A DNA stretch of 64,000 nucleotides from Tubulanus polymorphus (lineage: Eukaryota > Animalia > Nemertea). Below the pieces are notes generated by a model that saw only the letters and a program-made list of their open reading frames with translations, was not told where the DNA came from and searched no databases. A program made the translations under genes and the position numbers. The stretch lies in NCBI RefSeq assembly GCF_964204645.1, contig NC_134025.1:19071101-19135100 (forward strand), in the 5' to 3' direction. Shown one piece after another: positions 11,793 through 24,599 of this stretch. Numbering within the stretch: position 1 is the first letter of the stretch; each line of letters starts with the position of its first letter.

Positions 11793-12030
11793 AACTCCCG
11801 CACTTCGCTGATTTCTGTTGCACTTTCGGTAGCGATCTGGTTGACCACTGACGATGATGAAAGGTAGGTCTCGGCATTCGACGCTGCGTCTAGTAGGTCC
11901 GGTCAAGTTTGCGGCGATTTTAAGGCGACTGCCGATTTAAGTCCCTCATTGAGTCCTCGGATAGTGCAGGATAAGGCCAGTTTGAGATCCGTGTTCATTT
12001 GAAGTTGCAGGTGCTGAACTCGAAATATGT

Positions 12031-12032
<2 letters not shown>

Positions 12033-12070
<38 letters not shown>
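12033..12070. repeat. (TG)n microsatellite followed by a G-run
   Basis: Directly visible. Confidence 0.95.
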
Positions 12071-12071
<1 letters not shown>

Positions 12072-12519
12072 AGGGGGGGGGGGGCGGGGGTTGGTTAGTG
12101 TATAAAGGGTGTGAGTCTTATTTTTTCATTTTTATGGACATCAAAAACTCGATCTGACCGTGAAGCATCTAGGAGTATTGAATGTCCCTATGAATTCTGA
12201 ATTTTTAGAATTTGGCAATTAGAAATTTTCAAGTTTGGTTTTTCAATATGAGGCCTACTAAGTGTTCATAACGGAATTGTGTTCTGTGTATCATTCAATC
12301 AAGACTAGCTGGTTGGTATATTTATACAGATAAGTGATAGATACACTCCTCGGAATTTTATCCTTGAAATCTTCTTGAAAAGTCTTTGAATTCTGTATTG
12401 ACTGTTCCGTAGAGACCCCGAAACAATATATGCATGAATGTAAAGCAAATGCATGGGTGTTTTTGTTTTAATAATTATTTACGGTCAAGGTGGAGTTCGT
12501 ACTCGTGGTTGCTGAGATC

Positions 12520-13050
12520 CGCCACCAGTTGGACTTGGTTTAGGTGGTCAAGTGTGGAAGATCGGGACCCTGAACCAACTCAACTGCGTTTTCACCCTCC
12601 AGGGCCGAATGGGCCAACGAACATCAATCATTTCGATGAGGAGAAGACTCCAGCGATTGACAATTTCAATTTGTTTTTCACAGATTAAATCATTGATAAA
12701 ATTATTGGGGGAACAAACCGTTAGGCTGAGGATAAAATCACAGCGAGAATTCCAAAATGTAATTCGCCATTACAGAAATCGATGAATCGTGAGGAATTCT
12801 ATCGCCTACTCTAAATCATTCTGAATATGGGTCAGATTCAGATCTCGACTGTCGCAACAAACCGTTCAGTGAAATGGGAAAGCAGTGTTCAGTATTTTTT
12901 TGTGATTTGATATTATTGAACTGATTTATACTTCTGTACCACAAGGTCCTTCACATTTGTCCTTCGAATCTGGACGAGCGCAATCAGGAAAGTGGAAATA
13001 ATTCGAATTTCGATGAGATCTAGACCCAAATCCTCAGGGCGATCTCATTT
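12520..13050 (+). pseudogene. piggyBac-like transposase relic (N-terminal part)
   Basis: WSSVEDRDPEPTQLRFHPPGPNGP...TPAIDNFNLFFTD*IIDKII...EQT and later EEFYRLL*IILNMG resemble PGBD-type transposases; heavily degraded. Confidence 0.5.
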
Positions 13051-15183
13051 GGTCCCCCCTGAAGCTTGAACATAGTGAAAAGCGACCATGTGACTACCGC
13101 GTATGTAGTAACAGAGCAGCTTGCATCAGACGCGAGACACGATTTTACTGTGACGACTGCGTTGACCAACCAACTTTGCATCTACTTCAATGCTTCAAAG
13201 ATTATCGCATGAAACGCGAATATAAAAGACAATGATTGAGAACTTATATTTTACTCTTTAATATACTGATTTCATGTGTGCAATAAATAAATCTTAATGC
13301 TTATGGTTGGATCTTCTTTGTAAATACGTTTCCCATGAATAACATGTAGGGTCTGATTGTTTGCGATTTTCATTCTTATTTTGGATAATTATCCTACGTA
13401 TATTAGTATATTACGCTGGAATTTGACCTTGATTTGACACTTATTTGGGGTCCAGCCCACCCCTGGATGTGATAAAATGCATTAACCAAGATTTTCTGAC
13501 TTTACATAACAATTAAGATCATAAATAGTTTAAAAGGCCTATTTTGGACAATTCTATGCGAAGAGAATTTAACATTGCCTAGTTACAGTATATATTATTG
13601 AACAGTAAAGTTAATTTTATGTAATGCTATTCAATATTGTATATGGCATCAGGTAGTGTTGATTGATCCCTATTTCATTACCTATCGATTATCAGTTCGT
13701 GAGATTCATTTGAGATATAACCTAGATGACCAGTGTTGTCATAAAAACTTGTTGTGCAGTTAAGTCAATTAAAATATGCTGGTAAAGCATCGTGAAATTC
13801 CATTGCAATTGAAATTCAAGTTGCTGATTTCACCCTGGTGCTTACTGTAACAGTGAACTTATGAGATAATGACTGCCATCATAAAAACTACTTTACGATG
13901 ACCTTGTTATAGATGTACATATTCATCAATAACACGGACGGATGGAGGCCTATTGGTGTTATTCAATTGCTGTTGTTTTCTATATAATTATCATAATGTT
14001 TAAGCTTTTATTTTATCTCTCCTTATGTCTTTATTGTATACGATCTAATAACGTATAGCTACACGACGGAGCAATAAAGAATTTAATTGCATGGAATTAA
14101 ATTATTTTTAAGCCCAGAAAGGATTTGGTGAGTGAGTCTATAACCCGGTATGCGCTTCAATGACTATTTTGTCGATAATATAGAATTTCGTTGAAAATGT
14201 TGTGGTCAGCCCTGAGTATTACAGGTGCATTGGAAGCAACTTTGATTGCCATGGCGAATTGCTGATTTTTGAACGGTTCTAATATTGCTGCGTCAAATTT
14301 AATTAAATATTGTCAAAAACGTTAGAAAGAAAAAAAAAACGTCATTCAGTAAATTATTGCAGCCACTGTTAAATGGCCTACATTGAGTTTCTCAGTAAAT
14401 TGGTAGTGAAGCTGCATAATCGGATGGGCTTATATAGGCCTACCAATGGTTTGGGCAAAAAACCCAATCGTGAAACTAAACCAGAGACAGGTTACTGACT
14501 AGTTAATTTATTTTATAGGACAGACAGACGAACGTATGAAAAGTGAATATTTTGATTATCGATTCATGTATGAATTATATCATTTTTTTAGAAAACTCGA
14601 CCAATTCTGAGATATGGGATATATGTGTCCTGATGACAAATTCGGTAGTTAACGATGTTACTGACAGCTTGTACATTACTTTGTGGTATTGCATGAGGCA
14701 TCATCATTACCAAAATAATAAACTATCAAATTTAAATCATGAGGAAAAGCTAAAGCTCATCACTGGTACTTTCCCCGACAACTACGATTTATTTGGACCA
14801 TGAGTGGACAGAAAGTCATGTCGCGTATCATCAAAGTTTTCTTCAATCAATGCGTCTCAAACTTATTTCAGAAACATCCTTATTTTGGCATTCAGGTGAC
14901 ATCGTGATTTCATGGAGTTCAGGTGTATCTATAGCAAGAACATGAGCATAGCGTTTGAGCTAGAGCATTGTAACATCAAAGAAAAATAAATTTCTGCCTT
15001 ACAAATATATGGACATAAAATATAACAAATAGCCTGTTGGTTGCTGGAGTAAACACGCAGTCGACCTATAGAGCCTCACCAGTATTAGCTACAGAAAGTG
15101 CTGTGGTTAGGTCTTTCAATCGTTATAGTTAGCAGATATGTCACCTTTCCATTCCAAACTGCAGACTATAATCAACAACTGCA

Positions 15184-15212
15184 TTAGGCATTTGTGTAGC
15201 TCATTTGGTTAG
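15184..15212 (-). CDS. Host membrane protein with PPxY tail, terminal coding exon (PNQMSYTNA*)
   Basis: Acceptor ttttctgctttcAG, phase 1 matching the previous donor, TAA stop at 15186-15184. Confidence 0.7.
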
Positions 15213-15293
15213 CTGAAAGCAGAAAACCACGGAAAACCAGGAAAAATGAGCTTATTAGCTTACTGAATCACAACAACCAAAATAACTACTTAC

Positions 15294-15362
15294 GTGGATA
15301 AGCCGGGTAATCTTGATTTGGACCCGGATATGGAGGTGGTGGTGATGAAGCTGATTCAACAG
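15294..15362 (-). CDS. Host membrane protein exon (SVESASSPPPPYPGPNQDYPAYP)
   Basis: Acceptor tttcattccAG (an alternative in-frame acceptor would start the exon at 15389), donor GTAAGT, 69 nt phase 1-1, contains PPPPY. Confidence 0.75.
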
Positions 15363-15527
15363 CTGGAATGAAAGTATTATCAAGCTCATCTTAAGAAACA
15401 AGAAATAGGTGCGACAGTTAATGGTTATGTAAAAGGAGTATTTGAGTAACAAGAAATAGGTGCGACAGTTAATGGTTATGTAAAAGGAGTATTTGAGTAA
15501 ATCTGAATTTTCCAGAACTTTACTTAC

Positions 15528-15830
15528 ATGGTGGAGAACTAGTATATGACAATGTACCAGATCCGGGAGCAAACCCAATGTCACTTGTAGCTGGAAACAG
15601 AGCGCCCACATTGCCTGGATGGGCGGGATATGGAGTAGTCATGTCTGTTGGTTGTTCACGATAAGAAGTACCAATGTTTGGTGGTTGCGCAGGATAAGGA
15701 GTGCCTATGCCCAATGGTTGAGTAGGATAAGGAATATCCATCCCAGCTACATATGCAGCTCCTGCATTGGCATTATCATCATCACTTAAAGGTTTCACAG
15801 GATAGTTTGCATCTTCGCCAGGTCGGAATT
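15528..15830 (-). CDS. Host membrane protein exon, Pro/Tyr-rich cytoplasmic tail
   Basis: Poly-T acceptor ttttttctAG, donor GTAAGT, 303 nt phase 1-1; repeated TPYP(A/T)(Q/H)P motifs. Confidence 0.8.
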
Positions 15831-18800
15831 CTAGAAAAAAAAAATTAAGAGTTGCAATTTGCCTTCTCAATTTTATGAGAGGTTTTTTAACAAATTACAA
15901 ACAAGAGCCCCAAGGGACACTGACCTGCCTGTCAGCTTTTCATAAAATGGCAAATGATGCATTCTGTTGGTAATATTTGTCAAAATAAACTTCCCGTACA
16001 CAATACAAGCGTATTTTGATAAGTCATGAAAGCAGAACAGACAGCGACTGGAGCTGGCAGGAACAAATGCCTCAGATAATTTCCCTTGGTCTTACTGATT
16101 TGAATGCGGAATAAAATTGAATTGTCAAAAATTTGCTCAATGAAACAAAAATTGAATTGTTCTATTTGTTCAAAAAAGTAAAACTGAATTGCATTTGATA
16201 TTTTTTCCAGAACAAAATTTGATTGAATTTGCAGTTTAAGCACACGGCTAATTAGCATATCAAGGTCATCCATCCGTTTTGAGAAAAAGCTATTTTCTCG
16301 GACTTTGCAAATTTGTCAATGATATTTTCTGTAGTGCTAATAAATATATTCCTCCTAAACCCAAATCAAAATATACTGTGTAACACATCGCGAAATTCCA
16401 TGAGTTGTATGTTTGTGGTCTGGTTGCTGATGCGTACAGTAATAGGCCCCAGGCTATGGCTGGCCTAAAAAAACAATCTGTTTGGAGTCCTTGGACATGC
16501 TTATTGAAAATTTCGCCAAGAATTTACAATTACCAAAAGGGTAAAAGAAAAGCCTTTGCAAGTCTAAAGGACTGTCTAAAAACATGAAGACTTAATTGCT
16601 TTTGAATAAGGAATTAGAATGGAGCTTGTACGGATGTACATGCATCGGGTAAATTTGCAAATGTAACCTCTCAAAGACACTCAAAACTATCGATCTATTG
16701 AAACAAAATGTCCACATTGAAACCAAAATATAAGATAACATGTTGCTTTGATTCAAAATCATAAAAGCTACTATTTATGTATATTTCTTGGATTCATCAA
16801 AGAAAGTATAGTTCAAAGATCAAGCCACGTTAAAAGATTACATGAAAAAGTATGGATACCACCCAAAATATAGAACTAGGGGTCAATTTTGATTTCACAA
16901 AACTGGGTATATACAAAAAGAGACAGACAATGTGATTCCATTTAGACATATTTTCGATTATTTGACCAAAAATCGAGTAAAGATTTACAAATAATCTAAA
17001 GTTAATAAAATAGACACTATATAACACATCTGTTGAAAGAAATCAAATCTAAGGGCCTTACAGACACAAAATATGTTACCTGTTTTACTGACATATGTTC
17101 GTGATAGTCAAATGATTGGAAGTATAAGGTCATTCGCTAAAATTTATAACTTTCTGCTGGATACTGGCAGTTTTCAAAAAATATTCGGTTCTCAGACTTT
17201 TAGACGGTCTCATACGCTTCCCTATGCTAAAATGGGATGTTTCCGATGGTTTCTGATGATCTTGAGATTCTGGGTTCATTAGGGCCCCCCTAAATGTCTT
17301 ATGATTGACCTACGAATGCCCCCGGGCTATCCGCAGCTTCAATTTGTCTCTAAATATTTCCATTATATCCAGTGATTGGTGTATAGCACAGCACACTAGC
17401 AATCAGGTCTATTTATAAAGCAATCAATTTTGCTCGACTTTTGTTTATACAAGTTGACCTCAATTCACTGTTAACGATCGCCCGTTGGGACCTGCATCGA
17501 ATTTGTTTCTACATCCACCAGCGAAGTCGAACAAAAACAGGTGCCTGGGGTTGCCAAGACTATCAGGCATACATACAAGCAGTATAAGCTTCATTCAAAG
17601 CCAGTTAGATAGTACAGGGGTGTATACATTACCCCACTGTTACCCGAGGTAACGCCCCGCCGTCAACGGTTCAGTCAACACCATGCACGCTTAAATGAAA
17701 CGTTTCATTATGCAATGACTAAATTTATTCTATTAGGAATGTAGACATACTTCTGGGATTTACCTTCAATCAATCTAAAATTGAGCATTATAACTATATT
17801 ATTTTTCAAGTCAAATTACCATTGTGAGATTTTTTAGATACCAGTACATCTATATTTTTCCAACCCATTTGTTTCAAATATTTTGACTGTCAATTCGCCA
17901 AACTTAATAATTTTGACAAAGCCAGTGTACGATAACATGCAGATTAATCTTTACAAGCGCTTTTCGGGCGGAAAAAGAACAAACAACAAAGTCACATACC
18001 CCAAGGACTGAGTATCACCATTTTACACTGCTGGTATGATGATACCATATGATGAGACTGGGGTTATGAGGCAAGATATTTAATATATAACTCAACAATT
18101 GTACCACCAGTCTCATATTATGCAGCGTTACAGTAAACCTTGGGTATAACATGGCAGTTAGTCTACAAGAGGCCAAGTGGCTTTCATGATGCAATGCAAG
18201 TTGTGGCTAATATGTGACAAAATATCTTCTCAAATATAATTCACACAGTTCAATCATATATTTTATTGTAAAAACATTGGAAAAAAGCTTAAGATCGATT
18301 TGTTTTTCCATCAGTCACAACGATTTCATTTTCATATTTAGAGTTTATGCTAACTTAAGATTGAATTGAATATTTTTGCAGACTGAAATTGAATTGAATT
18401 AGATTTGATATTTTCCTGAATAAAATAGAATACATGAATTTATTTATGTTTGTTGAATAATATTGAAAACACTAGAATTTGTAATCCAAATGGTTAATTA
18501 GCATATCATAGTCATTCATGCCTACAACCCAGACCATGTACCAAATTTTCTGAGGTACAAAGAATAAGTCATAAACTCAAGGTTCCACGGGAAATTAACT
18601 TGTATTGTAATTTAAATTCGCATGTAATGCAGCAGACACAAGCGTGGGTTCTAAAGAACTGCTAATATCTGCTTAAAGGCCGACTTTCAGAGGCACCGAA
18701 AATACGGTGGTATAGCACTTGGGATTTTCAGTGTAGACCACATACCACCACTGACTCATCTCACAGTCAGTTGTTTATAATGTTTACACGAACACATCTG

Positions 18801-19662
18801 GTTGACACTAGTTCACACAGTATCACAGTTGAGGAATTAAGAAAACCTTTTTATATTTCTTGGATAAAATTTTTGACGCAGTATTTATCTTAATTATGTT
18901 ATGCTGATTCTGTATGTTTTTTAATGACAATCAGTCCAGTAACAAAGGATTTAACGAAAAAGTTTGTATTTTCAATTTACGCAATTTTTTTTTCAATTTT
19001 GATGAAATTTTGACACAATTCAGTTTGTTACAATTGCTAGGGAAAACGATTTCTAACCTCCAAAATCATGCACCAGTGAGTTGCAACTGTTTTGTTCATA
19101 TAGTTTTATGAATATAGGTATCATGTTACTGTAACTGTGCCGTGTGTGATGCACTGTTCCACTGGATAACTCCTCCCAGCTTATCATTCAAAGATTTGAA
19201 AATTCAAAGAATGCACTTAGTAATTTGCTAATTCATGCATGAAGGAGGGCTTAAACTGAAATCTAAACCATAGAAATGAATATGTTCCACTCTGACACAT
19301 ATCCTTGACAAAAAGGACGGTCCAAATTGGTTAACTGACAGATATAATAGGGAAATACCAGTTTCAACCGTTGGAGCTCTTCACTGCTCCATGGGTTCAG
19401 AGATACTACCATGTCTGACAGACATACTGGAAATCATATAGAGGACCTCGGTTATGGTTGCTTTTTTTTCTGCATTCAGGATTTTGTGAAAACCCCGTGA
19501 AACCAGGTTTCTATTGAGAAATCTGCTTCCTAATGATCACAGATAGATACTATTTAAATGCATAATTCACCTGGACAGATCAGATGCATTGTAATTGGAA
19601 CCATATTCACTCCATTTCTTGAGCAATAGCTTCAGCCTATGGCGGGCCTAATAGTGCCTTAC

Positions 19663-19695
19663 CTGCAGTATTTTCCGTTGTGGTTGGCTTGAATC
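19663..19695 (-). CDS. Host membrane protein 33-nt micro-exon (RFKPTTTENTA)
   Basis: Acceptor tttttcAG and donor CAG|GTAAGG; phase 1-1, in frame with both neighbouring exons. Confidence 0.6.
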
Positions 19696-20090
19696 CTGAA
19701 AAATGTCATAAACCATTGCATTATGAAAGGTCACTCTGAAAAAATAACTGGCTGGTACTCAAACTTCAAGCTAAGCTTTAAGCATCTGGTTAATCCATTT
19801 GTTAAACTGTTCTAACCATAAATTTAGGACCTCGATATCGAAGTTTGTATAGGCTGTATTTTTAAAATTCCGGAACAGAGATTTGGTTTGCAATATTGAG
19901 AATGGCCACAGGGACAACTATGGCCAGGTCATAGTTTTATCTTTTTTTTACAAAATACAGCTATTCTACTGAATGTCATTTACACAGTGCAATGATGGTT
20001 TTTAAATAGCGCAGGATTAAATCAGATGAATTCATTTCTTTTATTCAGTCTCAGTGATTTGCATAGCTTAAGCTAACTAAATCAATTGAA

Positions 20091-21158
20091 ACTAGAATAA
20101 CCCCTTGCGGCCTTAAGTATCCCGCAATACTGTCCCCCACTATGTAAGAATTGAAGTCGAGCACAGATAAACTTTTCTTAACTCTCAATCAAGTTTCATG
20201 GATAACCATCAGATATTTCAGGCTATATCGTGCATAACAAGATATTCAAGATGGCTACCCTGGTGTCCATATCGGATGGCCTCCATTTTCGATAGTGGTG
20301 AACATCTTACCTGCCTCAATCCTGAAAAAAATTTCATATATATCTATCTAGAATTTTAGGCTCTATTGTGCTAACAATATAATTCAAAATGGCCACCATC
20401 TCATCTGCCCCAACCCTCCCACTGAGTTTCATGAGAATTAATCAATAATTGTAGGCTGTATTATTGTTGTAACAAGAAAATTCAAGATGGATGCTCGGGC
20501 ATCAATATTTGAAGGCCGATGACCACAATTTTTGATAGGGGTGTACATCTTACCTGCCAAAACCCGATCACTAAATTCTATGAAAATCCATCAAGAATTA
20601 TAGGCTGTATTGTGCAAACTAGAAATTCAAGATGGCTTCCCTCGTGGCCATATTTGATGGTCCATAGCCTCCAATTCAATAGGGTTGGAAATCTACGTGC
20701 CCTTATCCCCACCGTATGTTTCTTTTATACAAGGTTATCTGAAGTTGTCATTTTTCATGTATTGAGCACCCCTGGTAGCCACATGGAATATCACATGACC
20801 TTGAAATTTTGCACTGGGGCTTAGCATTCCACTAACTACATATCTGCAACACATTTTCATTATCAAATCTGTTTCATTTAGAAATTTATCTGACATCATC
20901 TTAAAAACGTATTAAACATCAAAGAAAAAAAATATGGCCACCCGTCCACTAGCTTGGATCCAATTATAAGATAAGACGCACATGCACAACTTGATATCCA
21001 GCCAAACATATGTGTAAAGTTACAAGAAGAGAGTTAGTAGTTTGGGAGGGGTTTTGCAGCCAATATTGTGTCCATGGACGACGACGGACGCCTGATGACA
21101 GACGCCTTAGGCCGGGATTTGACTCTAGTATACCCCTAAATATCGTTGCGGGGGTATT
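20091..21158 (-). mobile_element. Non-autonomous Helentron (HINE), family A
   Basis: On the minus strand: 5' subTIR/palindrome ATACCCCCGCA...GGGGTAT, CGT-type microsatellite, internal repeats (ttcaagatgg), 3' subTIR plus stem-loop ending CTAGT in a T-run. A similar end occurs at ~56650. Confidence 0.65.
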
Positions 21159-21279
21159 ATAAGAAATTATCAGCTGATTCAAATTGAATTGAATTAAAAA
21201 TCTTTTGCTATGAAAAATATAGCTATTGACTTGAATGTGCAATCCAAATGCATGGTTATGAACTAATGAATCATCAAAT

Positions 21280-21701
21280 TCTTTTTCGCAAGAAATTTTC
21301 TTTAAACTTTTGATGTTTTTCCAGCATATTTTCTGGACAGTGGGAAACTCCATACATAACGACTAAAAATATCAATTATATTCAATATCCACCAATAATC
21401 ATTATCATCTTTTTAAAGATTTTTCAAATCAATTAAATGTCCCTGCCATTGTTGATCTACATAACTTACCACACGAGTTTTATATTTTCGAACAATTATT
21501 TTATGTGTTGTATATGTTGTTCGTTCTAATATAAAATTATTCACAACTTTGTATTTAATTAAATTCTGTGGGATTATCTAATTTATCTTGTTTAACTTGT
21601 CGCCAAATATTTTTTACAGAAGAATAAGCATCAAAACAGGATTATAACATAAATTTCTTAAATCTTGTTTGTTCTTTAGTATTAGATTTTTTATTCCCCA
21701 T
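21280..21701 (-). pseudogene. Polinton/Maverick-type retroviral-like (rve) integrase, N-terminal part
   Basis: MGNKK...YNP...AYSSVKNIWRQVK...TYTTHKIIVRKYKTRVVSYVDQQWQGHLIDLKNL*KDDNDYWWILNIIDIFSRYVWSFPL resembles the Polinton integrase pattern (TLHK..RRKF..R.V....DQWQADL.D....Y.YIL..ID.FS.Y.W..PL); stops and frameshifts. Confidence 0.8.
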
Positions 21702-21711
21702 TTATATATCA

Positions 21712-22179
21712 TCAATATTTACTGATTATTATCAATATTGAATACTTAATAGTTATATTTAATTGCGCATTGGAAATAATAAAAATATGCATTTTATAAT
21801 TGCGACCTCCTTTTTCCTTTTTCATGAATAATTGTATTCCATCTTTTATATTTTGTAATTTTTTACCAGATCCATGTAAAATAATTATCTTCAGTTGTTC
21901 TAAAATCTAACCATAATGCAACTTTATTAACAGTATAATAATCGATTTGATTTATATCACAATCTTCAGATAATTTATTTTTTTCATTCATGAAATGTTT
22001 TTTGATTTCTGGCCATTGATCTATCATTCTCATTCCTTGACAAAATATTTTATTTGCAATTCCTTCAGTTGTTATTTCTACTTTTGATATTTCAGGATTA
22101 TAATATTTATCAACTTTTATTGCACCATTAGAATATGTTGTGGTAAAAATATCAATATCCCTTTAATAGATCTTCTACG
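21712..22179 (-). pseudogene. Polinton-like/adintovirus-type major capsid protein, C-terminal part
   Basis: RRSIKGILIF / YYNPEISKVEITTEGIANKIFCQGMRMIDQWPEIKKHF / KVALWLDFRTTEDN / LHGSGKKLQNIKDGIQL / HIFIISNAQLNI, recognised from memory as the C-terminus of a capsid family of invertebrate Polinton-like elements; two frameshifts; ends 10 bp before the integrase ATG. Confidence 0.7.
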
Positions 22180-22187
22180 AAAATTGA

Positions 22188-22900
22188 TATTTAGGGTTTT
22201 CTGTTACATCACAGAAAACCCTATTGAGATTCGCGTGTTTCTTATTATTAGGGTTTTCTGTTACATCACAGAAAACCCTATTGAGATTCGCGTGTTTCTT
22301 ATTATTAGGGTTTTCTGTTATTTCACAGAAAACCCTATTGATATCCGCGTGATTATTAGGGTTTTCTGTTATTTCACAGAAAACCCTATTGATATCCGCG
22401 TGATTATTATTATTATTATTTTCTTCCACACTATTTTTACCAAAAGAACATAGGCTTTGTTACCTTACCGCTGTTTCATATACAATCCATATAATATCGT
22501 TCAGCTCACTGAGATCTACAAATAGCCCGCGTGTTTTTTCACGAATCATCGTTACAAAAGCGCTGTCGGGCCGTAAACATCGAAAATTTAGCCCCATTCA
22601 ATGGGGCGACATGTTTTTCGAGTCGTCATCCCGAAATCAACCCGCAGGCCGACTGTCACTTCGATTATCAATTCAAGTATAAATGAACTAATTTATTGCC
22701 GCAGACTTCACATTCAGTCGTGGTCTTCAAACAGTGATTTTAACAATAGCCCATTTTCCTCATCAAATCATATTACCGATACACTGGAAATTGACTACAT
22801 TAGATTTTAAAAGCACTGTCGAGCCGTAAACATCGACGAATCGACGTGTGTTACTACATCGTCGTTCCGGGGATCAGCTGCGAGTTTCTCCTCATCATGA
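22188..22900 (+). mobile_element. HINE family B 5' part with the 5' palindrome repeated four times
   Basis: ATTAGGGTTTTCTG...CAGAAAACCCTATTG four times, then (ATT)n, then core sequence shared with 28810-32560 and 46378-48604. Confidence 0.75.
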
Positions 22901-23145
22901 ACCTACGTGAAGTGAGCCTGTTATTCCAGCCTCGTATTCAGATATAGTGTGTACACACTGTACAGCTGCCTGTAGATATTGGTTGACATGAAATGTATAA
23001 CTTAGCATGACGGAGCGATGATAACTAACGTTAACGTTAGTATATAGCATCGGATACTGATACTCAAATTTCTCTGAAACAAAAACTCCAGGTTTCGTAA
23101 AAACTGAGTATTTGTTCAGGTATTATTTCAACGATTGCATCATTC

Positions 23146-24230
23146 CGCGACAATTCATTATTTTGGGTTTGTCGCCCGCGACAATTCATTATTTTGGTTT
23201 TATCGCCCGCGACAATTCAATATTTTGGTTTTATCGCCCGCGACAATTCAATATTTTGGTTTTATCGCCCGCGATAATTCATTATTTTGGTTTTATCGCC
23301 CGCGACAATTCATTATTTTGGTTTTGTCTCCCGAGACCATTCATTATTTTGGTTTTATCGCCCGCATCAATTCATTATTTTGGTTTTGTCGCCCGCGACA
23401 ATTCATTATTTTGATTTTGTCGCCCGCGACGATTCAATATCTTGTTTTTGTCGTCCGAGACAATTCATTATTTTGTTTTATCGCCCGCGACAATTCATTA
23501 GTTTGGTTTTATCGCCCGCGACAATTCATTAGTTTGGTTTTATCGCCCGCGACAATTCATTACATTGGTTTTGTCGCCCGCGACAATTCATTATTTTGGT
23601 TTTATATTTTGTTTTTGTCACCCGCGACAATTTTCTTTTTTGGTTTTATCGCCCGCGACAATTCAATATTTTTGTTTTATCGCCCGCGATTATTCATTAT
23701 TTTGGTTTTGTCGCCTGAGACAATTCATTATTTTGGTTTTATCGCCCGCGACAATTCATTATTACGGTTTTATTGCCCGCGACAATTCATTATTTTGGTT
23801 TTGTCGCCCGCGACAATTCACCATTTTGGTTTTGTCGCCCGCGACAATTCACCTTTTTGGTTTTGTCGCCCGCAACAATTAACCATTTTGGTTTTGTCGC
23901 CCGCGACAATTCATTATTTTGGTTTTATCGCCCGCGACAATTCATTAATTTTGATTTATCGCCCGCGACAATTCATTATTTTTGTTTTGTCGCCCCGACA
24001 ATTCTTTTTTTGGTTTTGTCGCCCGCGACAATTCAATATTTTGGTTTAGTCGCCCGCGACAATTCAATATTTTGGTTTTGTCGCCCGGGATAATTCATTA
24101 TTTTTGTTTTATCGCCTGCGACAATTCAATATTTTGGTTTTATCGCCCGCGATAATTCATTATTTTGGTTTTATCGCCCGCGACAATTCATTATTTTTGT
24201 TTTATCGCCCACAACAATTCATTATTTTGG
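23146..24230 (+). repeat. 31-bp tandem repeat array (TCGCCCGCGACAATTCATTATTTTGGTTTTR)
   Basis: Head-to-tail copies without spacers. Confidence 0.95.
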
Positions 24231-24329
24231 TCACCAGGGGGCGTTGAATAGTAGAATAACTTAGTATTTCCATATTAAATTGGTAACGAGGCATATTTTG
24301 TTATCACAATCGATTACAAAATCATAGAA

Positions 24330-24597
24330 TTTTGATAAAACCAAAGTAGTGAATTGTCGTGGGCGATAAAACCAAAATATTGAATTTTCGCGGGCGACAA
24401 AACCAAAATAATGAATTGTCGCGGGCGATAAAAACAAAATATTGAATTGTCGCGTGTGACAAAACCAAAATAATGAATTGTCGCGGGCGACAAAATCAAA
24501 ATCATTGTTTTCTCGCGTTATTTTAGTTTTGTCGTTTTGTTGTAATGTCGCCCTCATTTGCATATTCGTGTTTTTTTTATCTTATCAGCCACCATAC
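24330..24597 (-). mobile_element. Inverted 31-bp array plus putative foldback/MULE-like terminus (GTATGGTGGCTGATAAG on minus)
   Basis: About five reverse-complement units, then a ~90-bp unique segment ending ...CAGCCACCATAC at the border with a HINE fragment. Confidence 0.5.
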
Positions 24598-24599
24598 TA

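Larger units (their letters stand above)
6359..12020 (-). mobile_element. Degenerate Ty3/Gypsy gag-protease-RT(N-terminal) fragment, split by the BEL/Pao insertion
   Basis: Minus strand shows a gag region (11800-12020, 7670-7860), zinc knuckles (CFNCGKSDC...FKCQGIGHFSRRC, ~7560-7665), a protease C-terminus (LILGIDFL in ORF 6984-7334) and an RT start (SQSPWNTHVKMVKKKSGDYRFA...FTSLDLAQGY). Confidence 0.8.

Noticed and set aside
13061-13344. Solo LTR
   Set aside because: TG...CA ends and AATAAA are present, but there is no TSD or second copy.
15400-15500. ~50-bp tandem duplication and the 118-aa ORF across it
   Set aside because: It is a simple duplication inside a short intron; the ORF is out of frame with the supported exons.
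22175-22453. Repetitive 84/89-aa ORFs on both strands
   Set aside because: They are translations of the repeated HINE palindrome and (ATT)n.
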